Assembly: GCA_045837725.1 (NCBI GenBank)
Contig: JBEWZL010000276.1
Coordinates: forward strand, 372,001-436,000
Direction of reading: 5' to 3'
Source: Vermamoeba vermiformis
Lineage: Eukaryota
DNA length: 64,000 nt
Shown here: positions 39,181-53,300 of the stretch, in pieces
Numbering within the stretch: position 1 is the first letter of the stretch
Layout of the letters: each line of letters starts with the position of its first letter
Program-made: the position numbers and the translations under genes
The notes under the pieces: generated by a model
The model's database searches: none
What the model was told of the DNA's origin: nothing
What the model saw: the letters and a program-made list of their open reading frames with translations, nothing else

Positions 39181-41318
39181 TTAAGAGAATGGCTGTCCTT
39201 TAATGAACTTAGTAATCATATCGTGAGCATGAAGAGGTTGATCAGCAGGTACCATGTGGCCTAAAATGAAGTTTGTAAGTAATTTTCCTTTTATAGAATT
39301 GTGTAACGGGAACAGATCTCGAGTAAAAATTAAAGAAGAATATAACACTTACCAGCATTCAATACTACGACTTGAGTAAAGCTCAAAGCTTGACGGACAT
39401 AGCCCGCAACATTGTCATTGACCTTCCAGATCTGTCTCGGCGATTGCTCGTAAGTAGCAGCTCCTTTCCAGTGCAAAGTCCTCAAGAACTTCTCGCACAG
39501 TGGCGGGCCTAATATAAGATCGAAATTTCCGTTGTAAACCAGGACCTAGTTAGCCACATCCGTATTAGTACAAAAGAAATAAAATTTTCAAGTATTGATA
39601 TTCGGGCAGTACCTTATAGTTGTCAAATAGCGGTGCCAAGAAGTGCTCGACTGATTTCAACCAATCATCGATCAAATATTGCTCTACGGTGCCGTTGTAG
39701 CCGAAATACGGAACTAATCCGACGTGGATGGCGTTACGAACTGTAGCGCTGTTGAGGAAAGCAGTGTAGGGATTGGCAGGGTAGACTGGATTATACAAGT
39801 TGAAGTAGTTGGTGACGCCAGTAATGTTCTGGAAGTAAGTTGGGTACGGATAGAAGTCTCCGTTCAACATCTCGTCGAAAACTTTGAAACCAGCAGCCCA
39901 TTCTTTTCTTTCAATAGCCTTAGCAATACGGTGCTCGTACTCTTTCAAGACCTTAACTTGGCGATCATCAGCGAAACTACGAAAAAAAAAATTCAATTAA
40001 TTCTCAGATTCGGAGAGTTTAAAATTCTCAAATTTCGCTCGAATTAATTCATATAATATACGTCGAATCTGTTTCGTTCACGAACCAAGCCATATTTTTG
40101 TGTATCTTACCCGACATAGTAAAGCAAATCAGAATAGCCAGTGAACATTGTCTTCGGATCCATGCCGCCGTCACCAATCGCAATACCCTTCAAGTTGACA
40201 GGTACTACAGGGTTCTTCTTGTTGTTTTCATGGACGGTCCATGCGAAGGCTGGTACGTACTTGCCTAAAAAGGAAAAAATAAAATTAATAAAATAATTAA
40301 TGAACCAAGACGACTAATTATGACTTCAATTAAGCATTTAAGCTTTCAATTAATGATCTCATACCTGCATAGGACTCGCCAGCAATATAGAAGTCGTTCT
40401 TAGCGTACTGGTTGAAGACGGTAAAGAACTGCGTAATGAACGAGTAGAGATCGCGTCCAACGTGGTATTCATCGCGCACAAATCCCTCAGTGCTTTGAGT
40501 GAAGCTGAAGCCTACACCGACTGGATTGTCGATGAACAACAAGCTGAATTCTTTGTTCCACGTACTGGCGCGGCTGACCAGATCTTTCGCGTTAGCTGCA
40601 ACAGAGAAAGGACCTGTATAAAGTCGCGTTAATCGCATGTAATTATAGCACCAGAGTATTAATATTGCGATTTGATTGAATCTTTTTTGTGGAGCAGATC
40701 CGATCGTAGAGAAGTAAGTCAACTTTTAGGCTTACCAATCTCGCCAAATAGACCGAACAATGAGCTAGCGCCAGGACCACCTTGCAGCCACACGACTACT
40801 GGGGCATTAGCATCGCCATTTTGAGCAGGGAAGAACCAAAAATACATGTTCGATCCAGTTGTCACATTGACGGTAAAAAAGCCTAATTAACGTATATTAA
40901 TACAATAATTATCCCGTCTTTAATATGGGGTTAAATAATTTCGAGGTAGCAATAATAACACGCGTGATCTAATTAAAAAATCGAAAGTTAACAACAAAAA
41001 ATCTCGTGGGTGCAGTTTATGATTAAAAATTATAAAAGTATCAATAACGTAATATATTTAACCATATTTAAAGTGTAACATAATTAAATAAATTGATTTA
41101 CCTGAATACGAAGTGAAGTTGCCAATCGAATCTACTTGCGCGTATTTCTGAGCGGTGATCGGATCATTTAAATAAGGAGTCAATATTAAGGGTTGATTAT
41201 TGCCTGCTCTATGATCTGGATGCGCAGCTTCGGGACGGAAGCCAGGAAAGTTTTTGAAGGCCAAAGCGACATCCAACGCGAGAACGAAGCAAATTAGTAA
41301 TTTAATATTGAGCGACAT
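39181..41318 (-). CDS. Serine carboxypeptidase S10 (CPVL-like)
   Basis: WLQGGPGASS, LLFIDNPVGVGFSF, FYIAGESYAGKYVP, NLKGIAIGDG, VLVYNGNFDLI and AGHMVPADQP, plus a signal peptide. Confidence 0.93.
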
Positions 41319-41756
41319 GGTTGTTAACGCTTCAATACAATATAGATGTTTGATTAAATATCTAGCCTGAATTGTCTTTGGTAGTTTCTATCAGGCTGTG
41401 AAATTTCACCAAATCACGTGATCTTCACATGTCACCAACGTACAGGCCTAGAAATTGTGTAATTGCTAAAAGCCCGTCATTTCTTGTTGCGTGTTAAGTC
41501 AGGCCAGGAGTGATAGGCGCGTATGGTGACATGTGGTCACATAGGACTAAGTATTAATATGGTGCTTAATGGAGAGAAATGCCTTCTTAAATCATTGCCA
41601 TGTCAATCCATAGTGGAACGTTGAAAGATTCGCGCGTCAATTGCCGTTTTAATGCACTCGGCCAATTCTACGATAAATGTCATTCCGTACAGTTTCTCGA
41701 CCCTCCTTCAGTTTTTATGCAATAGACCTGGAAAGTTTCATATGGACGTTATTATT

Positions 41757-42873
41757 TCAATAAGTCACAAACAATTTATTCACAGCGCTCGTTTGTGTCT
41801 TTTTCGAGGGCGACAAGCTGTTTCTGTACTGGACCAAGTAGACAATGTTGACGCAGTAAAATATCGCTAACGAGATTTGCGCCACTCTGATGAACAAGAA
41901 CAGCAAGAAGTACGCGTATTCTCGGTCAATATGGCAGCTCAAAGGCCGCGTGATTGCATCGCCTGGATCGCTCGCAAAAACGAGATTTCCTGTCAATTGA
42001 TTATTACCTAATTAGGAAATTAAGCTTAAATTGGTTATTACCTTGACATGTCCAGCCTTCAGGCGTAATATTCATTCGCCATTCAGCTTGTCCAAACGAA
42101 ATAATATTGAACGGGATCAACAATCCTATTAGTTAGTATTATATTAGTTCATAAAGTCGGTGATTAATATATTACAATCAATTACCAATAAAGGCAATCG
42201 ACATGACGACTTTAGCAATCAACAATTTGTTGGCGAGTTTGCGTAATTTCTTTTGATAGTGCATATTCAGCTTGTCCATCTCAGTTGGTTCATAATCAAT
42301 TTCTTTTTCCTTCTGTATTAATTAAATATTATTATATTTAATTCGTTCTTTCGTTAAGTAATTATTTGGTTTAGATCCGCTGATAAAACGTACTTCTAAT
42401 TTGGTTTCCAGTATATTAATGTTCTCCAAGTACAATCGATTCAATAGCATCATAACCATGGCTAATAGCATTAACGCTACTCGAATAGCGTAGAATCCAA
42501 CCGCTTGAAAGCGAATTTGCGTCGTACATAAAATTGAGAGGTGATCTGACCGAAAATTAGCTTGTTACGATGAAGTATATTAAATAAATACCCATAAATG
42601 CTATTGCTGGTAGTAACGTTGCATTTCTTAGTAAATCATCGAGAGGAACATCAGCTGGCACGCACTAACAAAAATATTTTAATTAACGATTTAATTTTCT
42701 TTTAATAGACTTACTCTCATTGGCAAATTAACTTCTGAAAATAACGTAAATATTTCTACAACTAAATATACAGTGAATATATAGCTCGAGGACCGTTCTG
42801 TCTTCAGCTTTGGACTTTTGATTTTTCCAAGATCAAATATTCCAACAATATTTTTGAGGACGTCCTCAGCCAT
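41757..42873 (-). CDS. 4-TM protein with 2 Cys in each extracellular loop (innexin/pannexin/LRRC8-like), paralog A
   Basis: Six exons splice in frame: TM1 SYIFTVYLVVEIFTLF, PMRCVP...DHLSILCTTQIR, TM2 VGFYAIRVALMLLAMVMML, charged loop, TM3 LLIAKVVMSIAFIGLLIPF, WTCQG...LSCHIDREY, TM4 AYFLLFLFIRVAQISLAIFY. Confidence 0.65.
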
Positions 42874-43060
42874 CAGTAATTAATTATATGAACTGGCTTA
42901 TAGTGCCTTAATTTTCATTTGTTATTCAAATTCTGAACAGAAAAGATTTGATTTATTTGCGGTTGACGTTAGGAGACGTTTTTGACGTGCCCAAATCATA
43001 CGCGCATCGCTCCTTATTAAATAATTATTAATATAGTAACAACACTATATTTTATATACA

Positions 43061-44099
43061 ATGGGCATTAGTTTAGGCAAATTAACGGACAAATTTACTG
43101 TCAAAGTCGACGATCCGATCTTCTGGCCCGAAGTGGCGAGCAGTTGGCTATTTAGTATGATATTTGGCTTAGACGTATTAGGCATTACTATATTATTAAT
43201 AACATCACCCTCTTGCATATTGGATAGTAAGTAGCGAATTTGGCAATTTTCAATTAGATCTGTTAATTAATTTTAAATAGGACCGTTAAGCGTATTATTA
43301 GTGCCTGGTACTCGAGCAGAGCACGGAGGAATATTAAATAATTATATGGACTTGATTTGCGGCACTGAAATTAGAGTAAGTCAAATCCGATCCGCGCGTA
43401 AAATTTTTAATAGTTCTAATTCATTTGCAGACGCGAGAAAGCTACTTCTTTATTATTAAAGTGCTCTATTTACTCGCGACAGTAGTATATTTCAACACTT
43501 CAAAGGGTTATATCAGCGAATTAAATACGCTTATGAAAAAGAAAACCGAAAACACCGTATTTAAGTGCCAGGCACTGCTCCAAAAATTTTTAAAGTATGC
43601 ACCGATATATAAATATTAATATGTTGCTAATGAAGCGATTATAGATTCAAATTGGGCTTCCTGATCCCGTACGTTTTGATCTTCACCACCGCTGAAATAT
43701 GTAAGCAGCCGAGAATAGAAATTTGGCTTATTAATGAATTAATAGTGATTTGGACGTTTTCTGAAATGCTCGCTTTGGATAAAATCGAATGCAGTAAAGC
43801 GAATCAGATCTGGCAAGATTTGGAACGAGTAGATGAGACTTTTTCGAACGCCAGGTACGTGGTTTACCCGAAAATATTAATATATATACCGAGGATAACG
43901 TACGCTTTATAGGTGCTTGTTCCGTAATCAGTTTGGAATCGCTTTTGTACTGGCCGTTTCAGATGTGATGAAAATATTTCTCTTCATTTTATTTTTCTTC
44001 TCGATTCAACCTATATTTAAACTTCAGCGATGGAGAAGAAATGGAAAAATGTCGCAAAAGCTAGAAATGACTTTGTTTTCAAATCTGAAAGGAAAATAG
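43061..44099 (+). CDS. 4-TM protein with 2 Cys in each extracellular loop (innexin/pannexin/LRRC8-like), paralog B
   Basis: Six exons splice in frame: TM1 WLFSMIFGLDVLGITILLI, SPSCIL...NNYMDLICGTEIR, TM2 YFFIIKVLYLLATVVYF, loop, TM3 FLKFKLGFLIPYVLIFTTAEILIW, IECSK...ARCLFRNQ, TM4 FGIAFVLAVSDVMKIFLFILFFF. Confidence 0.65.
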
Positions 44100-44312
44100 A
44101 TCCAGGCGGACGATAAGCGCTTACCAAAAGCCTCATCACTTTGTACCATATTGTTATGTAAACGCTCGTTTGCGCAAAAAATAATAGTTTCGCTACTGAC
44201 AGTTATGTGTTGCACCAATGAAAGTTGGGCGTTAAAAAAATTTGTAGCGAGCGGGATCGAGCAAAATATTTTTTCTGCCTACAGTCGATTTGCTATATAT
44301 ACTTGCAACCAA

Positions 44313-46226
44313 TTATTGTTTACTAGGCTTTTTCAGTACAAATCTCGTTAGCATCGCTACGTGATCAGAGCCCAGTTCCAAATTAGGCAATAAAACTTTC
44401 TCAGGCAATGACAAGTATGCGATTGGTTCGGAGAGGTCCGAATTATACCAAATATAGTCAATCATCTTCGGGTAATCAGTGAATGTCGTGTAAAACGATC
44501 GATCTTTCGGCAGCACTTCGTTGTACGCTGACGCCAAGTGCCATGTTTCTTTCATGAACGCGTAGACAGATGAAGACGGCGGGGCATTGAAATCTCCGCA
44601 TATGAATGTAGGCATCGGCCCTGTTGTTGAATAATAATCGCGTTGTTTCTTAGTGACTGTGGTGTGTAGCGTAGTGACCTAAAAGTACCGTCAGAACACC
44701 GATAATAAAATTGATAAAAATTATTTTTGGATCTGCACTTACTTGACTGAGGGTTGTATTCACGTCTTTATAGTTCAAATGAGTATCTGCGACACAGAAC
44801 TGTGTTCGTGACTCTTTAAACGCAAAGAATATGATCAGTGCAATGTTGTTCGTTTTCATGTTTGGATCTGACACGAAATTATTGTACGACAGCTCGATAC
44901 TTTTCTCGACAACCAATCTAATCATAATCATTAGCACATATATACCATTACCCTCCTATAATTACCTTTCGTGTCGATAAAAAATAGCAAGACCATCGCG
45001 TTTTTTGCCAGGTCTCAATTTGAACACGTAGCTGTAATTGTACTGCTTAAAAAATGGACTCCAATAGTCTTTTAGTCTAGTCTCGTCAATCTCTTGCAAA
45101 CAAAACACATCGACTAATTCGTCCACAATGTATTTTGCAATCTCCGTTTGGAGCAGATCTGCGCGATGTGGCCACCGTACGATTTCACTTGTTGTCCATG
45201 GATACCATTTCGGGAATGAATAGGCCTCGGCCATAGTATTGTACGACACTATTGTTAACTTTTCACCTACATTCAATCAAGATTTAGGTTAGAAAAGTCA
45301 CCCTTTGACAAAGGTCTAAATTTTAAAATTTCACATATGACATTTCCTAATATGGTAATTAAGTCCTTATTTGCACGTACCTGCAACGTTTTTTTCGTCT
45401 TTAATATGAACCATTTGTCTATTGGCCGGATTGTTGCAATAAACGTCCCAGTCGTCACGTGACACGTGCACTAGATCTGTCCGCACATTGTTGTTGTTAG
45501 TCGCTTTGGGCTCACTAGGTGTAATCAGTGCTATATTTGGCTTGATAATCTCGCGCTTGGTTGTGGATGTAGTCCATTGACCTGTGCGCGACTTGACTCT
45601 CTTCTCAATAAGTCCATCTAATCACGACAGTTAATAACCTACACTTTCCTAATTTGGAAATAGTTTTTGAGGAACCTTCAGCGAGTTCTAAGGCGTGTGC
45701 AACTCCGCTGCCAAGAGATCTGTCAACGTAATCGAACACAGTTTTGTTTTGCTTGTCTTTGAGCTTTAAATTGACGGCAAATTGAAGCATGAATCGGACA
45801 ATATGAAGGAAGCCTGCAAATTGTAAATTGGGTTAAGATCCAGATCTGAGAATTTTTTGAAAATTGAATTACGATTTTTAAATTAAGTAGTAATGACAAT
45901 AACTCATAATAGAGCTATTATATTAGTTATTTGTGCTCATAATCAAATTATTTAAATTATTTGGGCTTACCTCCGCGAGCTGCAAGCATTAAAGCAGTTT
46001 GCCCTTCATAATTGGCTGCATTGATATCAATTCCGTAATGGACCAATATTTCCACTATTCTAGTGTGTCCTTCGTCAGCGGCAATGTGCAGCGCAGTAGA
46101 TCCACTGGTAGGATCAACTGCTTTGAAATTGACGTCGTTAGCGACGATCAACTTCAGTACTGCTTCTTCATCGCCCACTTTACAAGCATGAAAAAAATTA
46201 TCTTGGTTAGCCGTGTTCTTTTCCAT
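44313..46226 (-). CDS. Ankyrin repeats fused to an EEP phosphodiesterase (CCR4/nocturnin/Angel/PDE12-like)
   Basis: Ankyrin GSTALHIAADEGHTRIVEILV and GQTALMLAARG. EEP motifs IVSYNTMA, FCLQEID, DGLAIFY, DTHL, ICGDFNA, IDYIWY and GSDH. Confidence 0.85.
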
Positions 46227-46352
46227 CGTTAAATGAATAAAAATGGATCGGACCAAGTTTTTGTATGTTTTCGAAAGGGACAAACAGGAGGGACATTTAA
46301 TATTGTTTATAAATAAGTATCTACAGTTTAAGAAATTCTATGTATTAGCCAT

Positions 46353-48476
46353 TTAAGATTGAGTGTTTTGAACAGTCGACCACTCGCTCTCGGTCAAGCG
46401 AGGAAGAGAGAAGTAGAATGGATGTGACTTGGTCATCACTTGTTGAGGAGGAGGCACTTGTGGCGTGAGTGTAACACCGACTTGGAAGTTGTTCTCGGGC
46501 ACAGAGGACACTTGCAATTGAGCTTGAGGTGGTGGCGGGGCCTCGACTACAATAGGAATGACTTGACGGATCTTGCCACGAACAATACCAGCACAATAGG
46601 CCTCGACGGTAATATAGTGATTGACGTGGATGAGCGGCGAGAACTCGGGCACGATAGACGCGTTCATGTGAAGAGGAATGGGGACTTCGACTTCAAGCAC
46701 GGCATCTTTGCCAGGCAAGACAGGCATGCCCTTGCGATTGTAGTGCGTGCGGAACAAGGTGTGCGAGTTACTGATCGTGGTCATCTCCGAGGTCAGCACG
46801 GTGGCCTCGCGCAATGCCAACTTCAAGTGTGACACGGGGTGCTTGGACTTGTTTGTCAAGACCTGTTGCAAGAACATGAGCGACAATGCTCGTATTTAAG
46901 ACTATTCTAGAGTGTACTTACCACGCGTAACTTGACCCAAGTGCCACGGTGCACGACAGGCGACAAAATGCTCACTTCCATCTTCAACGACTCGGGCTCC
47001 AACTTGGTTTTAGGAGCCTTGATCAAGTTGCTCTAGAAGCGGATCTGTTAATTACGCTGTCCGAACAGACTTAGGTGCCGGGGTGGTACTTACAGCAGTC
47101 TTGATGAATCTCGTGGGCTCGTCAAAGGCGGAGAAATAGACGTTCATGTGGAAGGGCACGGTGACTTTGCGAGGCAATTTAGTAGCACCGTAGTCAATGA
47201 ACGCGACGACTTTGTACGAAGTAGCGCCGTAGTCGAGTGCGTGGTGCACATAAGTGGGCGGCAATTTCTTGGGCAAAGCGAATCTGAATGGCCAGCTGTA
47301 AGATCCAGGTGGGATGCGCTTGACTTCCTGTTGAGCAATAAAATAATGAGTACATGCGTTATATCATCAATGTATTATTAGTGAACTTACTCCTTGGTGG
47401 CCAAAGAGTGAAACGATTTGTTTGAGCACGTGACTCTTCACATTAATTTCGAGCGTGTTGATGCTAAGGACAATGTTGTTAGATCCGCTGCATTATTGTA
47501 AGACATTCAATATTGATACTTACGTAGTAATACCAACGACCTTGACACCTACTTGCTTGACGTCGAGACCGTTGCCTCCAACGTTCAATTGCACTTCACC
47601 AATCATGGTCTCACCAGCATAGTACGAGGGTTTTTCCATAACGATTCTGAATGCAGGCAAGCGCAGGTTGTAGTGCTCGTGCGTGAGTTCAAATGCCAAG
47701 ACCTCGCTCAAGGGAGTAAAGCGGAACTTGACGTGCAATCTGGCGGCACCGAGCTGATCCGGATGGTTATTGAATGGAACTGGCGCGGAAAATCTTTTTG
47801 GTTTTACGTACAGGAGTCAATGGATCGTTCGTGGTCAACGAACATTCATCCTCAGTGTCGTCAGCAAGGCGATGGAGGTTGAAAGAAATGTTGCCGACGG
47901 CAGGTTTCTTCGCGTTCAAAGTCTACGCGAAAATCAGAGATCAGCCTACGAACTCAATTAAATAGTATTCATGATACTCACCATGACATTAAATTCGATC
48001 GGGTGGCGTTTGTCATAAACAGATAAAATAAATTCTTCGTTCCACTACAACAGTTGGTTAGATTCCAGTTTCAAAAGAACCGATTGATTATATTTGAGCG
48101 TTGGGCAATAATTCTTACCATATAATCCTTTTTTCCATCTTGACTCTGCTCAAAATTCAATTAGAATTGGAAACCTTTTCGATTTTCGCGACGTGCTTAC
48201 CTTCGCAGGAACTACAGGCTTAGTTTTAAAGACAGGAGAACCATGAGAAGACTTGATGGCGAATTTAACGAAGGCCTCTGACAAATAAAGCACATTAATT
48301 CATTGATACGCCTATTATATTTCGATCCGCTGCTTTCATGAAAACTTACTCTCATCAGCGTCAACAGGAACATCGACTGCACCGTAGATTTTGAGGTACA
48401 AGAGACCTTGGAAGTGCTTTTGAGGAGCAGGAACAAGTGCGGGTTGAGTGGCAGTGGCAGTAGCTTCAGCAGACAT
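46353..48476 (-). CDS. C2 domain + arrestin-domain protein
   Basis: C2-like LYLKIYGAVDV...AFVKF...FKTKPV...WNEEF. Arrestin N YYAGETMIGEVQL...WPFRFALPKKLPPTY...SYKVVAFID. Arrestin C SPLIHVNHYITVEA. Confidence 0.8.
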
Positions 48477-49063
48477 TGTTGTTAGATGTAGCTTGTCGCT
48501 TCTTTAATGGTGATTAAGTGAATGAATGGTTACAAGAAAAAAGCATTGGGGTTAAATAGGCCGCGCAGTCATATGTCCTTCTTGAACAATTTTGAAAAAC
48601 CCATTATTTTCACGAATATTTTTGACAATCGTTCCAAAATGCTAAATATGGTTCGTCATTCGAAAAACATCGGCAAAGTATGCAATTAAATTACGTCCGA
48701 TCATCTCCTGTCTGAGAGACGAGTTAAAAGCTGACCGTAAGCTGTACATCTTCAAAAATTGTTGTCCTCTGACCATCCGACATGAGTGATGTACTGTCCA
48801 AACTTGATATTATTGCATTTAATAATTATGGTAATTATTTGTTGTGTTTCATGTTTTGCTCGTGTCGATTGCCAAAAAAAAAAAAAGGGTGCAAAATTAC
48901 GCCGTCCCGTGAAAGTTAATTATGACGTGTATTTATTAACAAAAGCAACAATAAGCCGGTTTATTTACTAACCGCAAAAATATTACATAAATAACGCTAA
49001 ACAGCAATATTCGGTTCAAATCTGAATCCGATCCGCGACGCAAAATCAACAACAGCGCTTAAA

Positions 49064-50112
49064 ATGGCCTCGATCTTTCGCGCAATATGGAAAAACTATA
49101 ATTTAATGCTGGCTAGGCATCCTGTAACTTCAAAAGCCGTTACAGCTGGTGAGTATTTTGTTCGATCGCGCAGAAAAATGCAAATAAATTTAAATAATTC
49201 GGTTGAACCAGAATATGCATTACAATACGTTGATATGTCGTATAATAATCATTATTTACATCCCAATATTGGCCACGAATTTTTATATTTTAAAAATAAA
49301 TTGTTTATTTTGAACTCACCATTAGATCCCGTTCTAATGTCGTTTCTTTCATTGTAGGGTCACTATATTATCTTGGAGACGTCATATGCCAATATTTAGA
49401 GTATTACCAACGGAAAGCAGAACTTGCCAAATCGTTACCTAACGCCGGAGTGTCCGATCCAAATCCACAGATCTCGTATCCCAAAATTACTCTGGATTGG
49501 AAGCGGTCCTTACGAATGGCAGCGTTTGGTTTTGGATTTATAGGACCCTTTTCACACCACTTTTACAGGACCTTAGACAAAGTAAGAGCGGAAAACAATT
49601 TCACCGGTGGATCCGCTTCTGATCCCATTATTTTTTAGCGTCTGCCTGGCAATGCACCAAGAACTATCGCACTCAAAGTACTAGCGGACCAGACTATATT
49701 TAGTTTTACCTATTTGCCGCTGTTTTTCATTTTTGAAGACGCGTTACAAGGTACGAATCCGTTTCCTTTTCAACTGAGCGCTAAAATGTAACCAATTTGC
49801 AGGCAAGACTTGGCCTGAAATGAAGAAAAACGTTAAGGAAAGGTTTTTGCCAACGTAAGATAATTCCTAATAAGTGCTTAAAAGACAGTTTTTAACGAGA
49901 TCTGATACTAGGTACATTGCTGAGCTAGCTGTATGGCCAGCTGCTCAAACACTTAATTTTTGGCTCGTACCACCATCTCAACGTGTATTATATATTAGGT
50001 TCGTCTATTTAAGCTAATGGTACTTGCGCGTACTGACTTTTTTGTTCGGCGAAGTGTTGTCAGTATTGGATGGAACGCTTATTTATCGCGAGTTCAACAT
50101 GGACATCATTAA
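49064..50112 (+). CDS. Mpv17/PMP22 family membrane protein
   Basis: YNLMLARHPVTSKAVTAG-SLYYLGDVICQ, DWKRSLRMAAFGFGFIGPFSHHFY, KVLADQTIF and VWPAAQTLNFWLVPP. Confidence 0.92.
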
Positions 50113-50342
50113 TACCTCTCAAAATCATGCTTCAATTTTGCAATTTTGTTAATAGAATCAACCTCTCTGCGGAACTTTTAATCGCTATTTAAAAATCGAA
50201 TGAATTTTTCAATGGCTTGTAATATAATAAACTCGTATCTGTTCTTGTAATCATAGTAGTGGTTTTGATATAACAAAAATTTATTTAAATATAAAAACAA
50301 CAATTCGAAACTGAAATAATTTTAAAGCCGAATCTGCAAAAT

Positions 50343-53300
50343 TTAAAGCTCGATATCATCAGACTCAACCTTGTTATTAGCCAAGCGTTGATACTCTTGT
50401 TCGAAGTGTCTCTTCTTTCTGTAGATGATGAACACTGCAGCAACTAAAGCCAAGAAGATAATGACCACTGAGAGCGCAATGACCACGGCGAGACCAGTGT
50501 GAACTTCAACAGTTTCTACAATAGAGAGCATTAATATATGAACCAACGAGTATACCCTTATACTATGGGTCTTACCGCAAGCACGAGGCTTAGGTTCCAT
50601 TGCGTTAGCGCCATCGAGATAGCACTCGGCGTCATCAGAAAGCATGTAGTCCACAATTTGAATGCCGTTCTGGCAGGCACGAGGCTGCAAAGAGTTATTA
50701 GTCAAATGAACTTGTATGAACTCAATAGTGCTTACAGTCTCGACGAAATCGGAGAGCAAGCATCTTCTGCAAGCAAGAGAGCTACGGAAGTTGTAGACAA
50801 TGTTGCAGTTGTCAGCGCTTGACACGAAACCAGATCCGCTGGTGGTGGAGTTGCTACCATCCTTAGTGCAGAAGAAGTTGATAGTGCTTAATCAATATTA
50901 GTAACCAACATTATAAGAGACAAAAGTTGCGATGGCGCTTACAAAGTGGAACTTCTTTGGTTGCAGTCAACGGGCACTTCGTCGGTGTTGGTGTAGACAA
51001 TAGAAAACTCCTTCAGGTTCTTGCGCCTGTAATCGAAGTTGACACCAATACGACGAGGAACCAAGTTGTTGTCGTCAGTCTCGAAGATGTAAGCGGGTTG
51101 GTCGCAGCGATAGGCACCGAATCGATCGTAGTAGCACGCAGAAAATTTGTTGCACAGCGAGATTTGGTACAAGCGCAAGTGACCGTCAACGGTGTTGCGG
51201 CGCAAGTAACGGCTTTGACTCCAGAACGAGTTGGCCAAGTTGATAGTGGCTTGCGGACCCATGTCAGGCAGAGGGAAGAGGCAAGTGGGAACGCAATCAG
51301 TGTGGTTAGTGTTGGCCGTAGTACCGCCACCGCAAGGCGTGCAAGCAGTAGCGTTGCTGCCAGCAGAGAACGAGTTACCCTCGCAACGAGCACACTAAAA
51401 GAACATTAACATCGAGTACGAGTTATGCTCGCTTATCTATCTACGTACGCCACTGCCAGGAAGAGCACGATAACCAGGTTGGCAAGTGTTGCAAGTAATG
51501 CTGTAACCGATCGTTAGACACGTGGCAATAAGTAAGTGTCATTGATGCTTACATGTTGCCGCTAGTGTTCTTTTGAGAACCGAAGGGGCAAGTAGCGTCT
51601 TCGCAGTTAATCACAGGACCGGACCCAGGAGGAGGCACGCCGTCAGTGCATTGGCTGCCAGTGTTCTTCACCCAAATCGTGCGGGTCTTGCCGTTAGTGC
51701 AAGGAGCGTATTCCCAGTGGTAATCGTCGGCAGTGCAAGCTGTATAGTAATATTAATACAAGTAGCATTGATATTGATAAGACATGACGTACGATAAGAA
51801 GTGGAGTCACAGGTAGTGTTGCCAATGCAGGTGCAGGTGTCTTCGCTCAAAGGAATGCAGCTCTCAGCAGCAAAAGTGGTGCCTTCAATAGTGATGTCCC
51901 AAATAGTGGCCTTGTCGTCGCCGTAGCTCAACGAGTCGTCCTTCGCGTAACGCCATTGCAAGACGTGAGGACCAGCGGACAAAGAGAAGTTGAATGACTG
52001 ACGGTTGACGTTGTTGTTCAACAAGGCGCGTGTCTCTTCGTCAATGCGGAAGAAAAATCGGTCGTAGTAGGTCTCGGCGTTGACTGTGCCAACAAACGAA
52101 ACATAACCAGGACGAACGAGCTGAAGAATTTTAAGTGAGTCGTCTAGTCTACGAATATGAATTATTAATGTGAACTTACGTTGACGTAGATTTGCAAGAC
52201 AGCAGTGACACCATCTTTGCCTTGAATGCCAGTTTCAATGCGATCGCCCATCAAGAGCCAGCTGCGTGCGTCGCAGTTGGGAACGTAGCCAGTGTAGTTG
52301 CGGTCAACGTAAGTGTTGGCGCACTTGTGAGTGATGAAGAGATCGGGATCGGTGGGCCAAGTAGACCAGCGCGTCAAACACTTCTTGACGGACGAAGTGT
52401 AGCCAGGGTCGCAAGTAGCACAAGCACTGGCGCCGAGGGGCAAGTACTCACCACGAGCGCAAGTGATGGCTGTCAAGGGCTGTCAGCGCGTTCTCTTCTA
52501 TCTAATCTTTGCAAAAATTACTTACGGCAAGGCAAGTCATTCCTGTTGTCAGGCAATCGAATGCCACCAGCGCAGTTCGTGTCTTTCCAGGTGAAGTACA
52601 AGTCTCGCTTGGAGTCCGTGCACGTGGAGTAAAAACTCTCGTAGTCGGACGAAGTGCAGGCTGTACATTATTAAATATTAATATATGATATTAGATTGAA
52701 TTTTGAATGGACGTACGAGGACGATTCGGATCGTAGCATTGGTGGTCGTCAGCATCGTCAACAACATAAGGACTAGCATCAGAAGCGCTGAACATATCCA
52801 AGCAGAAAGCTTTGCCATTTTGATACACCTCACTGACGGTCTTACCGCCCGCGATCAAGGTAGCACCACCGCACTCTGTCAAGAGGGTGTCGCAGAAGCT
52901 AAATAAATGCGTCAATATTATGACTGATATTAAGTATACTTGTATCATTACCTTTTACACAAGCGCCATTCGTAGCGGCTCTCAGAAACATCCGCAGCCC
53001 AAGCGTCTGATCAGATCGGAGTTGTGAGTCACCAACCTCAATGCTAACTTAATACTTACATTGGTCTGAAGCGCACTGCATGCAAGAGGCTTGTCTTACA
53101 GCGGTGGAGCATTGGTCGACGTTTATGAATTGCGCCATCAGTCTGGTGATCTCGTCATTTCCTTTGAGGCGTTAATTTCAGAACGCAGCAATAATATTAA
53201 AATATTTACCGGCATTGATGTCGTCAGAGAGACCACTAGAACAGCAGCTAGCATCGGCGTAACGAGAACAGGCGGACAAAGCTGTCGGCTGAAGGAAAAT

